64,000 nt of DNA from Candidatus Iainarchaeum sp. Its GTDB lineage: Archaea > B1Sed10-29 > WALL01. This document shows, piece after piece, positions 1-9,565 of the stretch (position 1 is its first letter; each line of letters opens with the position of its first letter). The DNA is taken from contig JAGMCR010000012.1 of the NCBI GenBank assembly GCA_023129115.1, forward strand, positions 1-64,000. Direction: 5' to 3'. A program made the position numbers and the translations under genes. Under the pieces are notes generated by a model that was not told the origin of the DNA, searched no databases, and was given only the letters and a program-made list of their open reading frames with translations.

Positions 1-9
1 GGAGACAAG

Positions 10-84
10 CGGGCCCGGAGGGATTTGAACCCCCGATCTCTCGCTCCGAAGGCGAATGCCTTGTCCAGGCTAGGCTACGGGCCC
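10..84 (-). tRNA. tRNA-Arg(TCG)
   Basis: Reverse complement folds as a cloverleaf GGGCCCG...GGTTCAAATCC...CGGGCCCG; anticodon arm TTCGC-CT TCG GA-GCGAG. Confidence 0.92.
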
Positions 85-115
85 ATTAAAGAAAAGTGGT
101 GGCGGGATATTTAAA

Positions 116-562
116 CTAAATCCCGGAAACAAGTCGCTCGCTGTACTCCTTGTCGCAGTAGTCGCACTTCAGCCGCAGCGGGTTGCTGCTCACGGTGAAG
201 CTCGTCGCAAGGGGCTCGCGCTCCGCGTTCGTCACGCACTTTGGGTTCAGGCACTTCAGGTAGCCCTCGATGCGCTTGGGCATCTCGACATTGTGCTTCT
301 CCACGAGCTTGCCGTTCTTTATCGTGTTGATGGTCGCCTCCGGCGCGACGAGCGCGATGATGTTTCGCCTCTCCTTGTCCACGAAGACGTCGGCCATTTT
401 GACTATGTCCTTCCGCCCAAGGCGCGGCGACTTCGCGTTCAGCAAAAGCACTGCCTGCCCGTTGTTCGCGCCGCCGAGCAGGGTGTACACCACCAGGCCC
501 TTGCCCGCCGGGATGTGGTCAATCACTGTCCCGTTCTGGATGGGCTTTACCTCGAGAGTCAT
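116..562 (-). CDS. pyrI: Aspartate carbamoyltransferase regulatory subunit
   Basis: MTLEVKPIQNGTVIDHI and zinc motif CLNPKC...CDYC; ATG at 562 overlaps the pyrB stop. Confidence 0.95.
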   Translation of the reverse strand: MTLEVKPIQNGTVIDHIPAGKGLVVYTLLGGANNGQAVLLLNAKSPRLGRKDIVKMADVFVDKERRNIIALVAPEATINTIKNGKLVEKHNVEMPKRIEGYLKCLNPKCVTNAEREPLATSFTVSSNPLRLKCDYCDKEYSERLVSGI

Positions 563-1458
563 TTCGCCACCCCCAAAAGCATTGCTATGAGCGCCATTCG
601 CGTTGGCACGCCGTAGAAGGCCTGGTTGAAGTAGACACAGCGGGGGTCGGCGTCGCACTCCCAGCTGATTTCGTCCACGCGGGGCAGGGGGTGCATCACG
701 ATGCTCTTTTTCTTCATGGTGGACAGTGTCTTGGGGGTGATGACGTAGCTGCCCCTGACTTTTTCGTAGTCTGTTGCGTCCGAGAAGCGCTCGGCCTGGA
801 TGCGCGTCATGTACACCACGTCCGCGTCCCCGACGTCGAGCTCGGTGAACTCGTCGTACTTCAGGCCCTTCTTGTACTCCTCCGGCATCTTCAAGAGCTC
901 CGGCGCAATGAACCGGAAGTCTGCCTTGTACTGCTTGAGCGCGCCCACCAGCGAGTGCACGGTGCGGCCGTACCTCAAGTCGCCAACGATTGCGATTTTG
1001 AGGTCGTTCAGCGTGCCCAATTCTTTCTTGATGGTGAACAGGTCGAGGAGGGTTTGGGTGGGGTGCTGGTGCGAGCCGTCGCCGCCGTTGATTATGGGGA
1101 CGGTCGAGACGTCGCTCGCGAGCTTCGCGGCGCCGTCCATGGGGTGGCGCATCGCGATTATGTCGGAATATGCGGCGACCGTGCGGATTGTGTCGGCCGT
1201 GGTCTCTTTTTTCTTGAGGGACGTGCCCTTGGGGTCCGAAAACCCGATTACAGAGCCGCCGAGGCGGTGCATCGCGGCCTCGAAGGACAGCCTCGTTCGC
1301 GTGCTGGGCTCGAAGAAAAGCGAGGCCAGGACCTTGCCGTGCAGCATGTCGCTTGAGCCCTTGGTATTAAGGATTTTGAGCATCTTGTCGGCCTGGCCGA
1401 GAACGAGGTCAATGTCCTTGTGCGAGAAGTCTTTAATGGAGATTACGTGCTTGAACAC
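559..1458 (-). CDS. pyrB: Aspartate carbamoyltransferase catalytic subunit
   Basis: FFEPSTRTRLSF, HPTQTLLD and MHPLPRVDEI motifs. Confidence 0.97.
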   Translation of the reverse strand: MFKHVISIKDFSHKDIDLVLGQADKMLKILNTKGSSDMLHGKVLASLFFEPSTRTRLSFEAAMHRLGGSVIGFSDPKGTSLKKKETTADTIRTVAAYSDIIAMRHPMDGAAKLASDVSTVPIINGGDGSHQHPTQTLLDLFTIKKELGTLNDLKIAIVGDLRYGRTVHSLVGALKQYKADFRFIAPELLKMPEEYKKGLKYDEFTELDVGDADVVYMTRIQAERFSDATDYEKVRGSYVITPKTLSTMKKKSIVMHPLPRVDEISWECDADPRCVYFNQAFYGVPTRMALIAMLLGVAK

Positions 1459-1548
1459 AGGAACACCTCTGAATTTGAGGCTGGTGAGGTATAAAAAGCC
1501 AGCACAGGAAAAGGCTTAAAAAAGGCGGGAATTACAACAGTCAACCCC

Positions 1549-2844
1549 ATGTGGCTTAGGAGCGCAGCCGGCGTGCTTGTGTTTATTGCTTTTGTCGCCC
1601 TGTCAGCAGCGGCTTTTACCTATTTTGAGCCCTATATCATGTTCTCGATTAGCTCGGCCTTGTTCATCACGCAGGCAGCGATTTTCCTGATGGCGCTCGA
1701 GGACGCGGACCTGAAGGACCCGAAGCCCAAGCGGTACCCGTCCCTCACGATAATGGTGCCCGCGTACAACGCGGGGGAGACGATTGTCGAGAGCATCAAG
1801 AAAATCAAGGCCATGGAGTACCCCCGGAAGTTCAAGATAATCGTGATGGACGACGCGAGCACCGATGATACCTATGACAAGATAAAGGATATTCCGGGAA
1901 TCAAGATAATCCGCAACAAGAAGAACCGGGGCAAGGCGGCGAGCCAGAACCAGGTCCTGAAGATTGTGGACACCGAGCTGGTGGCGAACATTGACTCGGA
2001 CACGTTCCCGCGCAAGGACGCGCTCATGAAGACCGTTGGGCACTTCAACGACCCGAAGGTGGGTGCGGTCACTGTATTGATTCTCCCGACGAACACGAAG
2101 AACTGGCTGCAGAAGGTCCAGCTGTTCGAGTACTACAACGCGTTCGGGTTCTGGCACAAGAGCATTTCGTCGCTCGGCGGCATGTACGTGACTCCGGGGC
2201 CCATGACCGTGTACAAGACGCAGGCGCTGAAGGACGTTGACGGGTTCGACCCCGGCAACATCACCGAGGACATGGAGGTCGCGCTGCACATGCAGAAGGT
2301 GGGGTGGGACATCAAGTGCAGCGTGAACACAAAAGTGCTTACAGAGGTGCCGGACACGCTGAAGAGTTATTTCCGCCAGAGAATCCGGTGGTACCGCGGC
2401 AAGTTCCTGAACGGAGTGAAGTACAAGGGATTGCTGTTCAACCCGAGGCACGGGAACCTCGGGCTGTTCATTTACCCAATGAGCTTCATCGTCGAGATAC
2501 TGTCGATGACTGTCTTGATTGGGATACTCACGATTAACGCGGACGGGTTCTTCCGCGCCGTGAGGCACTTCATTGGGGTGGTTACGCACAACGCGTTCAG
2601 CCTCGAGTTCCTCTTTAATTTGGACCCATTGTCGTGGCCGCCGTACCTCGTGTTTTTGGTGCTGACGCTGCTGATTTGGGGGTACCTGCTGTACACCAGC
2701 ATGGGCTTCGACAGCAACCGCCGGCCGAGGCTCGGGGAGCTGCCATACATACTGTTTTATTTAACGTTTTATTCATTCTTCATCACGTTCGCGTACGTCA
2801 TGAGCTTCTTCCACGAGCTCAAGGGAAGTGAGAGAGTATGGTAA
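1549..2844 (+). CDS. Membrane glycosyltransferase family 2 (processive, cellulose/PNAG-synthase-like)
   Basis: VPAYN, DDASTD, DSD, TED and QRIRW (QxxRW) motifs with flanking TM helices. Confidence 0.9.
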   Translation: MWLRSAAGVLVFIAFVALSAAAFTYFEPYIMFSISSALFITQAAIFLMALEDADLKDPKPKRYPSLTIMVPAYNAGETIVESIKKIKAMEYPRKFKIIVMDDASTDDTYDKIKDIPGIKIIRNKKNRGKAASQNQVLKIVDTELVANIDSDTFPRKDALMKTVGHFNDPKVGAVTVLILPTNTKNWLQKVQLFEYYNAFGFWHKSISSLGGMYVTPGPMTVYKTQALKDVDGFDPGNITEDMEVALHMQKVGWDIKCSVNTKVLTEVPDTLKSYFRQRIRWYRGKFLNGVKYKGLLFNPRHGNLGLFIYPMSFIVEILSMTVLIGILTINADGFFRAVRHFIGVVTHNAFSLEFLFNLDPLSWPPYLVFLVLTLLIWGYLLYTSMGFDSNRRPRLGELPYILFYLTFYSFFITFAYVMSFFHELKGSERVW

Positions 2845-3503
2845 GCACTTACGTCAAGGGAATCGCGCTGGGGGCAGTACTGCTGATTGCCAGCATGTCG
2901 GCACTGTGGATACTGGACCAGCAGCGCACAAGCATTTTGTCAAAGGAAATCCAGGACATGACCTGGGAAATCGAGGACTCGCGGCTGTACTTGGAGTATT
3001 TGTCGACGCTGAACGAGGACTCGTGCGCGGTCATGAAGGCGCGTGTGGTGCAGCAGGTCGGCAAGAGCGACGAGCTCGCGAAGAAGATTGACGCGTACAA
3101 GAACGCGAACATGTTCAGCGAGGAGTACTACGCCATCAAGAAGACGTTCATCTACAAGAACTTTGAGCTGTTCCTGAACTTCAAGAGCCTCCGGGACGAC
3201 TGCGGCGAGAACGTGAACTACGTGATTTATTTTTATGCCGAGAACGACCCGGACCAGTCGATTTGCCCGGACTGCGCGGTGCAGGCGGACATCCTGAACA
3301 CGCTCGGCAACAACTGTGAGAACACGTGGATATTCGCGCTGCCGTACAATTCGTACACCGACCTGGTGAACGTTGTTCGGGACCAGTACGGCGTCACGAG
3401 CGGGCCGGCCGTGGTCGTGAACGGCGAGAGCGTGCACCGGGGAATGGTGGAATTGTCGACGCTCGAAGCAGAGATTACGTGCGGCGAGAACCCGCTTGAA
3501 TAA
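2838..3503 (+). CDS. Membrane-anchored hypothetical protein with C-terminal thioredoxin-like CxxC domain
   Basis: N-terminal TM helix; YFY...CPDC...YGVTSGPAVVVNG; overlaps the GT2 stop. Confidence 0.7.
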   Translation: MVSTYVKGIALGAVLLIASMSALWILDQQRTSILSKEIQDMTWEIEDSRLYLEYLSTLNEDSCAVMKARVVQQVGKSDELAKKIDAYKNANMFSEEYYAIKKTFIYKNFELFLNFKSLRDDCGENVNYVIYFYAENDPDQSICPDCAVQADILNTLGNNCENTWIFALPYNSYTDLVNVVRDQYGVTSGPAVVVNGESVHRGMVELSTLEAEITCGENPLE

Positions 3504-3532
3504 AAAGGGAAAGGCACAAAAACTATTTCCTC

Positions 3533-3563
3533 GGGGGGTGTTGCCAATACGGCAACACCCCCC
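3533..3563. repeat. Inverted repeat (hairpin) resembling the first stem of the tRNA-associated element family
   Basis: GGGGGGTGTTGCC-AATAC-GGCAACACCCCCC, 13-bp perfect stem; similar to 12821-12844. Confidence 0.7.
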
Positions 3564-3575
3564 AATTTCCCTAAA

Positions 3576-3648
3576 AGCCCCGTGGTGTAGTGGCCAATCA
3601 TCATCGGTTCTGGACCGGTGGACTCCGGTTCGAATCCGGACGGGGCTA
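3576..3648 (+). tRNA. tRNA-Gln(CTG)
   Basis: AGCCCCG acceptor; ATCGG-TT CTG GA-CCGGT; GGTTCGAATCC T-arm. Confidence 0.93.
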
Positions 3649-3658
3649 CTCCAACCAC

Positions 3659-3733
3659 GGGCTCGTGGTCTAGTCTGGTTAGGACGCGACCTTCACACGG
3701 TCGAAATCCTCGGTTCAAATCCGAGCGGGCCCA
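3659..3733 (+). tRNA. tRNA-Val(CAC)
   Basis: CGACC-TT CAC AC-GGTCG anticodon arm; GGTTCAAATCC. Confidence 0.93.
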
Positions 3734-3734
3734 T

Positions 3735-3793
3735 TCCAACCCTTTTCCTGTTACTCGCTTCGCTCGCCCGGTGGAAAAGCGTTGACGGAAAAG
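3735..3793 (+). repeat. Dispersed hairpin repeat, family C copy 1
   Basis: TCCAACCCTTTTCCTGT...CCGGTGGAAAAGCG...GGAAAAG; near-identical ends to 9191-9247 and related to 25626-25684 (reverse). Confidence 0.8.
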
Positions 3794-4282
3794 ATGCCTA
3801 TGCTCCCACGCTCTTTTTACGCACGTGACACCGTCAAGGTAGCGAAAGGCTTGTTGGGGAAAGAGCTCGTGTGCGACGGCAGGAAAGGCATCATCACCGA
3901 GACAGAGGCGTACAAAGAAAACGACCCAGCGAGCCACTCGTGCCGTGGGTTGACCAAGCGGAACAGGCCGATGTACGGCAGGGCCGGGCACGCTTATGTA
4001 TACCTCTGCTACGGCATGCACTGGATGCTTAACGTGGTTACGGAGAGCGAGGGCACGGCGGGCGCGGTGCTAATCAGGGCGCTGGACTCTGTAAACGGGC
4101 CGGGAAGGGTCACCAAGCAATTGGGGGTCGACAAGCGCTTCAACGGCCACGACTTGACGAAAAAGCCACTGTTTGTTCGGGACGGCGTGGAGCCACGTAA
4201 AATCACTGCCTCGCCCCGGATTGGGATACGGGAGGGCCTGGACAGGGACTGGCGGTTCTACGTCCCCAAAGGCACTTTGTAA
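3794..4282 (+). CDS. 3-methyladenine DNA glycosylase (MPG/AAG family)
   Basis: IITETEAY, AYVYLCYGMHWMLNVV, AVLIRA, NGPGRV and PRIGI motifs. Confidence 0.92.
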   Translation: MPMLPRSFYARDTVKVAKGLLGKELVCDGRKGIITETEAYKENDPASHSCRGLTKRNRPMYGRAGHAYVYLCYGMHWMLNVVTESEGTAGAVLIRALDSVNGPGRVTKQLGVDKRFNGHDLTKKPLFVRDGVEPRKITASPRIGIREGLDRDWRFYVPKGTL

Positions 4283-4333
4283 CCGCACAGTGGTGAAAAC
4301 GCTTATATATGCTGCCTTCGTTATTGCGATGGC

Positions 4334-6862
4334 ATGAAGAAGACGGCAATTCTATTGGGGCTTCTGCTTGTCTTGAGTGGGGCATTCGCAGCTGTTGACA
4401 GTGTCCAGACGTACCGCGACGCCAATTTTACGGTTCTTGGTTCGGTCTTTAAGGACGGTGCCACGGTTTATGTCATGGGGTGGGACGGCGTAAAGAACGG
4501 AAGTGCGTTGCCGTCCACAACTGAGGGAGTTGTGAACCAAGCCAACACATCAATTAGCATAGGCTTCAACATTTTTGACGATGGGGGGACTGCCGCCCAA
4601 AGCTCAGACAACGCTACTGACGGGTTGTACCTCGGTAAATTCCAGATAAGTTCCACTGTATGGAGCGACCCCCTAGACACAATAAAGCTCCAGCACGGCG
4701 AAAAGGCCGAGATTGAGGTCGATATTGACACAAGCAGCGATGCTGGATACGCCAACATCACGGCGGACTACATCAAACCAAACATAACCAGCTGTAATGT
4801 CACCCCCTCTAAGCCAACGTGGCTTGGGTTTGGGCAGAACTTCAATGTCACACTCACTGGCGAGGCAAACGGGAGCGCGTGGTACTACTACAACAGCACG
4901 AACCAGACAATGACAGAAGTCTCGCCGGGTGTCTATTCGGCAAACTACACGGTTGGCTGGCCGGAATCCCACAAGGGCACCATCAGTTGCTACCACGCCG
5001 ACACCGCGGGCAACGAGGACAACGCGACTACGGCGGAAGAGCTCTGGGTGGACACTGCCGCACCAGTAATCTCGAACGTTCTCCCGTCCTGGTACACGTG
5101 GACCAACAACAACATGACCAACATCACTTTCAACGTGACGGACGCCGCGAGCGGCGTCAAGAACGCTTCGATAACTGACATTGTCGTGGGGAACTATTCT
5201 GTCACTAACGTTGGCAGCGCTTATACCGCGACGACCAACGTGGCACTGCCCGAGGGGAACGTTAGCTTCAACATCACGGCATTCGACAACGTCGGCAACA
5301 TGATAATCTCCTTCCACCCAAACCACTTTGGCGTGGACAGGGGCGCCCCCACAATAACAACGTACAGTCCGGTGAGCACGACTTACACCAATTGGTCGGT
5401 GAACTTCACTGTGAGCGCGAATGATACGTTTTCGCCGACAGTGGCCTGCACATACTACGTTGAGTCCACGGACATCTATGGCACAGTCCGGAACAGTACT
5501 TGGTGGGACACTATCCTCACGAACGGCAGCAACAGCACGACGAGTGTGTGGGTGAACGAGGGCTGGCAGAACGCCACCTACAACTGCTCTGACGAGGCGG
5601 GTAACGAAGTAAGAGGTGCCTTCCCCGCCTTCACGGTGGACATGCTCGCGTTCCGCACTGCCTGGATGGACATGAACAACACGTACCTGAGCAACCAGTC
5701 GTGCGCGTCCATAGATGGCTGGGTCGTTGACGACTACTCCAGCATGAGCAACATCATTATAGAAATCGGGGGCGTCGCCATCAACAGGACGTGGAACGGC
5801 ACCAACTTCTCTGCATTGTTCTGCCCCGACAACTCAACCGTGTGGCCGGACGGAGTGTACGACGTGAACGCCACGGTCAATGACACGGTGGGGAATATTG
5901 AGGAGATTCACTTCTATGACGTCACCATCGACAACACGCCGCCATCGTTCGTCTCGTACTTCCCGACCAACGGGACCGTATACAACGACTCCGTGGTCAA
6001 CTTCACGGTAACTGTCAGCGAGCCGGTCAGCACATGCAGCCTGTACGTGAACTCCACGACAACCGGGCTGATGCGCCTTTGGGCCATGCCCACAGGAAAC
6101 AACACGTTCAACGGCACGACCCTCCTGCCAAATGATGTCTATGTGGCTTGGTTCAACTGCACTGACTACACCGGCAATGTCAACGTCACCCCCAAGATGA
6201 CCATTACTGTGAACGATGTTACTGCGCCAAGGCGGGTCACCGGCCTGGCGGCGGCGGCGCAGGGCACGACCAAGATAAAGCTGGGCTGGGACATGAACCG
6301 CGCCCTGGATCTAGTGATGAACTACACTGTGTACCGCGCGACAAAAAGCGGCGGGCCGTACACGGCGGTGACCACACTCAACGCGGTCACATACACCGAC
6401 ACCGGGCTCACCGCGGACAAAAAGTATTACTACGTCGTGCGGGCGAGGGACTTTTACGGAAACCTTGGCCCCGCGTCGGCAGAGGCCAGCGCCAAGACGA
6501 AATCGGGCACCGGCGGGACAGGGGGCACCGGGCCCACTGGCGGCTGGATGCCAATAGCGACGCCGGACTCCAGCGACGACGTGCCCACTCCAACCCCAAC
6601 CCCCGAGCCAGTGCCGCTGCCGCCTGTCGAGGAGCGGGAGGAAGTTGTCGAAGAGCCGGTTGTGGAGCCAGAGGAAGAAGAGGCGCCCGCGCCGGCCCCA
6701 ACGCCTTTGCCCCCCGCCGCGCCAAAGTCGCCAGTGACAGGCCTGTTGTTTTCCGAGGGGAGCCTCATGTGGGGGCTTGCCGCGCTGATGGCGCTCGCCA
6801 CGATTTGGATGATGTGGGGCGTCAGCAAGAGAATGGCGAAGCGCAAGTGGTACGAAAAGTAA
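4334..6862 (+). CDS. Large secreted surface glycoprotein with Ig-like repeats, fibronectin type III domain, Pro/Glu-rich linker and C-terminal TM anchor
   Basis: Signal peptide, repeated D-x-A-G-N / VDTAAP Ig-like motifs, many N-x-S/T sequons, FN3 (YTDTGLTADKKYYYVVRARD), TM helix with basic tail. Confidence 0.85.
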   Translation: MKKTAILLGLLLVLSGAFAAVDSVQTYRDANFTVLGSVFKDGATVYVMGWDGVKNGSALPSTTEGVVNQANTSISIGFNIFDDGGTAAQSSDNATDGLYLGKFQISSTVWSDPLDTIKLQHGEKAEIEVDIDTSSDAGYANITADYIKPNITSCNVTPSKPTWLGFGQNFNVTLTGEANGSAWYYYNSTNQTMTEVSPGVYSANYTVGWPESHKGTISCYHADTAGNEDNATTAEELWVDTAAPVISNVLPSWYTWTNNNMTNITFNVTDAASGVKNASITDIVVGNYSVTNVGSAYTATTNVALPEGNVSFNITAFDNVGNMIISFHPNHFGVDRGAPTITTYSPVSTTYTNWSVNFTVSANDTFSPTVACTYYVESTDIYGTVRNSTWWDTILTNGSNSTTSVWVNEGWQNATYNCSDEAGNEVRGAFPAFTVDMLAFRTAWMDMNNTYLSNQSCASIDGWVVDDYSSMSNIIIEIGGVAINRTWNGTNFSALFCPDNSTVWPDGVYDVNATVNDTVGNIEEIHFYDVTIDNTPPSFVSYFPTNGTVYNDSVVNFTVTVSEPVSTCSLYVNSTTTGLMRLWAMPTGNNTFNGTTLLPNDVYVAWFNCTDYTGNVNVTPKMTITVNDVTAPRRVTGLAAAAQGTTKIKLGWDMNRALDLVMNYTVYRATKSGGPYTAVTTLNAVTYTDTGLTADKKYYYVVRARDFYGNLGPASAEASAKTKSGTGGTGGTGPTGGWMPIATPDSSDDVPTPTPTPEPVPLPPVEEREEVVEEPVVEPEEEEAPAPAPTPLPPAAPKSPVTGLLFSEGSLMWGLAALMALATIWMMWGVSKRMAKRKWYEK

Positions 6863-6894
6863 TAAAAAGGCTTTTGGGTAGAATTAGCCCCAGC

Positions 6895-6969
6895 GCTCCC
6901 GTAGTCTAGTCCGGTCAAGGATAACAGGTTCTCAACCTGTCGACGTGGGTTCAAATCCCGCCGGGAGCA
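6895..6969 (+). tRNA. tRNA-Glu(CTC)
   Basis: ACAGG-TT CTC AA-CCTGT anticodon arm. Confidence 0.93.
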
Positions 6970-6971
6970 TT

Positions 6972-7030
6972 TGCCTCTCGGGGGGCTTTATGCCCCCCAA
7001 AGTCTACCGCGCCAGCTCAGGTTTGGGCTG
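6972..7030 (+). mobile_element. tRNA-associated hairpin element (family A) with 16-nt direct repeat of the tRNA-Glu 3' end
   Basis: TGCCTCT-hairpin-AAGTCTACCGCGC-CAGCTCAGGTTTGGGCTG; AATCCCGCCGGGAGCA at 6954-6969 and 7031-7046. Confidence 0.7.
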
Positions 7031-7049
7031 AATCCCGCCGGGAGCACTC

Positions 7050-7112
7050 CAGCGTCCTGGGGGGCGCAGCCCCCCACTACCCTGGGAAGCGTCCCCCCAG
7101 GTGAGTAGGTAA
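7050..7112 (+). repeat. Dispersed repeat, family B copy
   Basis: CAGCGTCCTGGGGGGCGCAGCCCCCCACTACCCTGGGAAGCGTCCCCCCAGG closely matches the reverse complement of about 39250-39304. Confidence 0.75.
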
Positions 7113-7137
7113 GAGCTCGCTGTCGCTCGCGGCTTTT

Positions 7138-7222
7138 TGTCTCTGGGAGCCGCTAGGCTCCCAAGCCTAACGTGCTGTACCGTGAATCCCAACGGATTTG
7201 CGGTTGTCCTGAGTTTCAGGCG
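7138..7222 (+). mobile_element. Family A hairpin element (degenerate, with inner module)
   Basis: TGTCTCTGGGAGCC-GCTA-GGCTCCCAAGCCTAACGTGC...GAATCCCAACGGATT...CCTGAGTTTCAGG. Confidence 0.6.
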
Positions 7223-7262
7223 ATGGAAAAGGATTAAAAACGCGTAGTGAGTGAGGCTAGTG

Positions 7263-8084
7263 ATGAACCCGTACGTCGAGATAATCCGCCCCGTGAATGG
7301 CGTGATGGCCATGATAGCCGTTGCAGTGGGCTTCTTTGTCGCGGCCGGGCAGTTCGCCTTGCCGCAGGGGCTCTTCTTCGCCATGGCGTCCGCGTTCCTG
7401 ATTCTCTCGGCGGGAATGGCCATCAACGACTATTATGACTACCCCATCGACAGGAAGACCAAGAAGCAGCGCCCCATCCCGTCCGGGAGGATGGGCCTCG
7501 GGGCCGCGTGGAGGTACTCCGCCGTGCTGTTTGTGGCGGGCCTGGGCCTGGCGTTCCTCGTGAACATAGAGGCATTCGCAATCGCAGTAGTGGCAGCAGC
7601 CACGCTGTTCCTCTACGCCAAAGAGCTCTCCAAGAAGGCGTTCACAGGCAATTTCCTGGTGGCGCTGAACACCGCGCTGACGTTCGTGTTCGGCGCGGCC
7701 GTGGTTGGAGTGGTGTTCTCGGTCGAGGTACTGGCCCTCGCCGGGATGGCGCTCTTCGCGACCCTCGCGCGAGAGATTTACGGCAGCATCAGGGACATGA
7801 AGGCGGACAAGGGCACGCGCGAGACGCTCCCGATGAAGATTGGGGCCAGCAAGTCCATCATGATTGCCGCGTTCTCGATGGGCACCGCCATCATGCTCAG
7901 CCCAATCCCATACTGGGCAGGCGTGTTCGGCGGGACTTACCTCTTGCTCGTGGCACTGGTGGACGCGGGCTTTCTTTATGTGGTCTTGAACAGCTTCAAG
8001 ACGAAGAACTTCGCGCGGGAGGCGCATTACTGCAGGGTGTTCCAGATGGCCGCCCTCATCGCCTTTTTGGCAGGCGCGCTTTGA
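7263..8084 (+). CDS. UbiA-family prenyltransferase, probable digeranylgeranylglyceryl phosphate (DGGGP) synthase
   Basis: IIRPVN, INDYYDYPID..RPIPSGR, AREI..I.DMKAD motifs; multiple TM helices. Confidence 0.85.
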   Translation: MNPYVEIIRPVNGVMAMIAVAVGFFVAAGQFALPQGLFFAMASAFLILSAGMAINDYYDYPIDRKTKKQRPIPSGRMGLGAAWRYSAVLFVAGLGLAFLVNIEAFAIAVVAAATLFLYAKELSKKAFTGNFLVALNTALTFVFGAAVVGVVFSVEVLALAGMALFATLAREIYGSIRDMKADKGTRETLPMKIGASKSIMIAAFSMGTAIMLSPIPYWAGVFGGTYLLLVALVDAGFLYVVLNSFKTKNFAREAHYCRVFQMAALIAFLAGAL

Positions 8085-8155
8085 ACAAATGGGCAGCAAA
8101 AAGCGTTAGGCTTAAAAATGGTGTCCAACAAAACAATGGGTGCGAGGTAATCCTA

Positions 8156-8608
8156 ATGGAAAACGTTGACGATACTGACATAGCCATACTGCGTGCCCTC
8201 ATGAGGAACGCGAGGGCGTCCTATCGCGAGATAGCCCACGAAATCGGGGTGGCGGTTGGCACTGTCCAGCACAGGATGCAAAAGCTGGAGAAGAAGGGCA
8301 TACTCACGGGCTTCATCCCGGTGATTGACTATACCCAGCTGGGGTATGGCATCAACGCAATAATCGCGCTTCACGTCCCGAAGGAAAAAAACGACGAGCT
8401 CAAGAAAATGCTGAAGGAGAACCCTAACGTGAACAGCATTTACCACACCACCGGGGACACTGACATGTTCATCAGGGTCAAGTTCAAGACCGCGGAAGAG
8501 CTTTACAACTTCCTCACCAAGGAATTGGCTGACGAGTACGTCAAGAGTAGCAAGACGTACACCGTGCTCTACAAGTGGAGGGAGTACGGGAAGCTTTTGA
8601 AGGAGTGA
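8156..8608 (+). CDS. Lrp/AsnC family transcriptional regulator
   Basis: DDTDIAILRALMRNARASYREIA HTH; TTGDTDM in the RAM domain. Confidence 0.92.
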   Translation: MENVDDTDIAILRALMRNARASYREIAHEIGVAVGTVQHRMQKLEKKGILTGFIPVIDYTQLGYGINAIIALHVPKEKNDELKKMLKENPNVNSIYHTTGDTDMFIRVKFKTAEELYNFLTKELADEYVKSSKTYTVLYKWREYGKLLKE

Positions 8609-8614
8609 GCTGCA

Positions 8615-9064
8615 ATGGGACAAATCGAGTTCTTCGCTGACGCAGGAAAATTCAGGGCGGTCAAGAAGCTGAAGGTCGATGAAAACACCGAGCCCATGTT
8701 CGTCGCGCGGTTTTTGGCTTCTGTGCAGGACACGCTTGTGCGGAAGACGCGGGACTACATGGGCGGGGACCTGCCCATGGACAAGCTGGACGAGATTGTT
8801 GGAGAAATTTGTGGCGCGGAAAAGGGAAGAAAGGGCTGGAAGCTCAAGGGCCGGGTGAGCGAGGAAAAGATAGGCCAGTGCCTCGCGGCCGCGCGCGGCT
8901 CCAAAGCAACGCGCATGATTAACGAAGTGGTCGAGGGCAAGAAGGCGCGGGAGCTCGCGAAGGCGTATGTATTGCAGACCACGCTAAACGTGCTGGGGTT
9001 CCCGCTCGCGATTGACGCGAAGCTCTTCGAGAAGTTCCTTGAGGAAAAATCGTTACGGGAATAG
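8615..9064 (+). CDS. DUF2666-like hypothetical protein
   Basis: N-terminus IEFFA..GKFRAVKKLKVDENTEPMFVARFLASV resembles the archaeal DUF2666 family (from recall). Confidence 0.6.
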   Translation: MGQIEFFADAGKFRAVKKLKVDENTEPMFVARFLASVQDTLVRKTRDYMGGDLPMDKLDEIVGEICGAEKGRKGWKLKGRVSEEKIGQCLAAARGSKATRMINEVVEGKKARELAKAYVLQTTLNVLGFPLAIDAKLFEKFLEEKSLRE

Positions 9065-9116
9065 CCGCGTTTTTGCGGGTGCATTTATATTGCGCTAGTT
9101 TGATAACTAGCTTCGT

Positions 9117-9189
9117 GGGGTCGTAGGGTAGTTTGGCATCCTGCGAGCTTTGGGGGCTCGTGACCTGAGTTCAAATCTCGGCGACCCCA
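9117..9189 (+). tRNA. tRNA-Pro(TGG)
   Basis: CGAGC-TT TGG GG-GCTCG anticodon arm. Confidence 0.93.
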
Positions 9190-9190
9190 C

Positions 9191-9247
9191 TCCAACCCTT
9201 TTCCTGTGGCGGCTTCGCCGACCGGTGGAAAAGCGCTGGCGGAAAAG
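9191..9247 (+). repeat. Dispersed hairpin repeat, family C copy 2
   Basis: Same 17-nt start and CCGGTGGAAAAGCG block as 3735-3793. Confidence 0.8.
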
Positions 9248-9252
9248 AAGAA

Positions 9253-9336
9253 GCGGGGGTACCAAAGTGGACAAATGGGAGGGACTTAAGATCCCTTGGC
9301 TCAGTGCCTTCAAGAGTTCGAATCTCTTCCCCCGCA
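9253..9336 (+). tRNA. tRNA-Leu(TAA)
   Basis: AGGGA-CT TAA GA-TCCCT; long variable arm. Confidence 0.92.
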
Positions 9337-9458
9337 TCCCTCCAATTGCGATTGGAGCAACCGCAGACTAAAGCGGGGCCAAAGGCCCCGCAAATAGGCA
9401 TATGCCGCCGGGAGGCCTTGTGCCTCCCTCGTCGAACGTGCCAGCTGAGTTTCAGCTG
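9337..9458 (+). mobile_element. Composite family A element with duplication of the tRNA-Leu 3' end
   Basis: Ends AACGTGC-CAGCTGAGTTTCAGCTG; ATCTCTTCCCCCGCA at 9322-9336 and 9464-9478; 9365-9400 is an inverted near-copy of 14065-14101. Confidence 0.65.
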
Positions 9459-9491
9459 TTTGGATCTCTTCCCCCGCACGCCTTTTCTTGC

Positions 9492-9565
9492 GGGCCCGTG
9501 GTCTAGCTTGGATATGACTCAACCCTCCGGAGGTTGGAGCCCGGGTTCGAATCCCGGCGGGCCCG
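9492..9565 (+). tRNA. tRNA-Arg(CCG)
   Basis: CAACC-CT CCG GA-GGTTG anticodon arm. Confidence 0.92.

Noticed and set aside
9459-9478. tRNA-end copies as split or permuted tRNA halves
   Set aside because: They are too short (15-26 nt), often mutated, lack BHB or complementary leaders, and the intact gene is adjacent.
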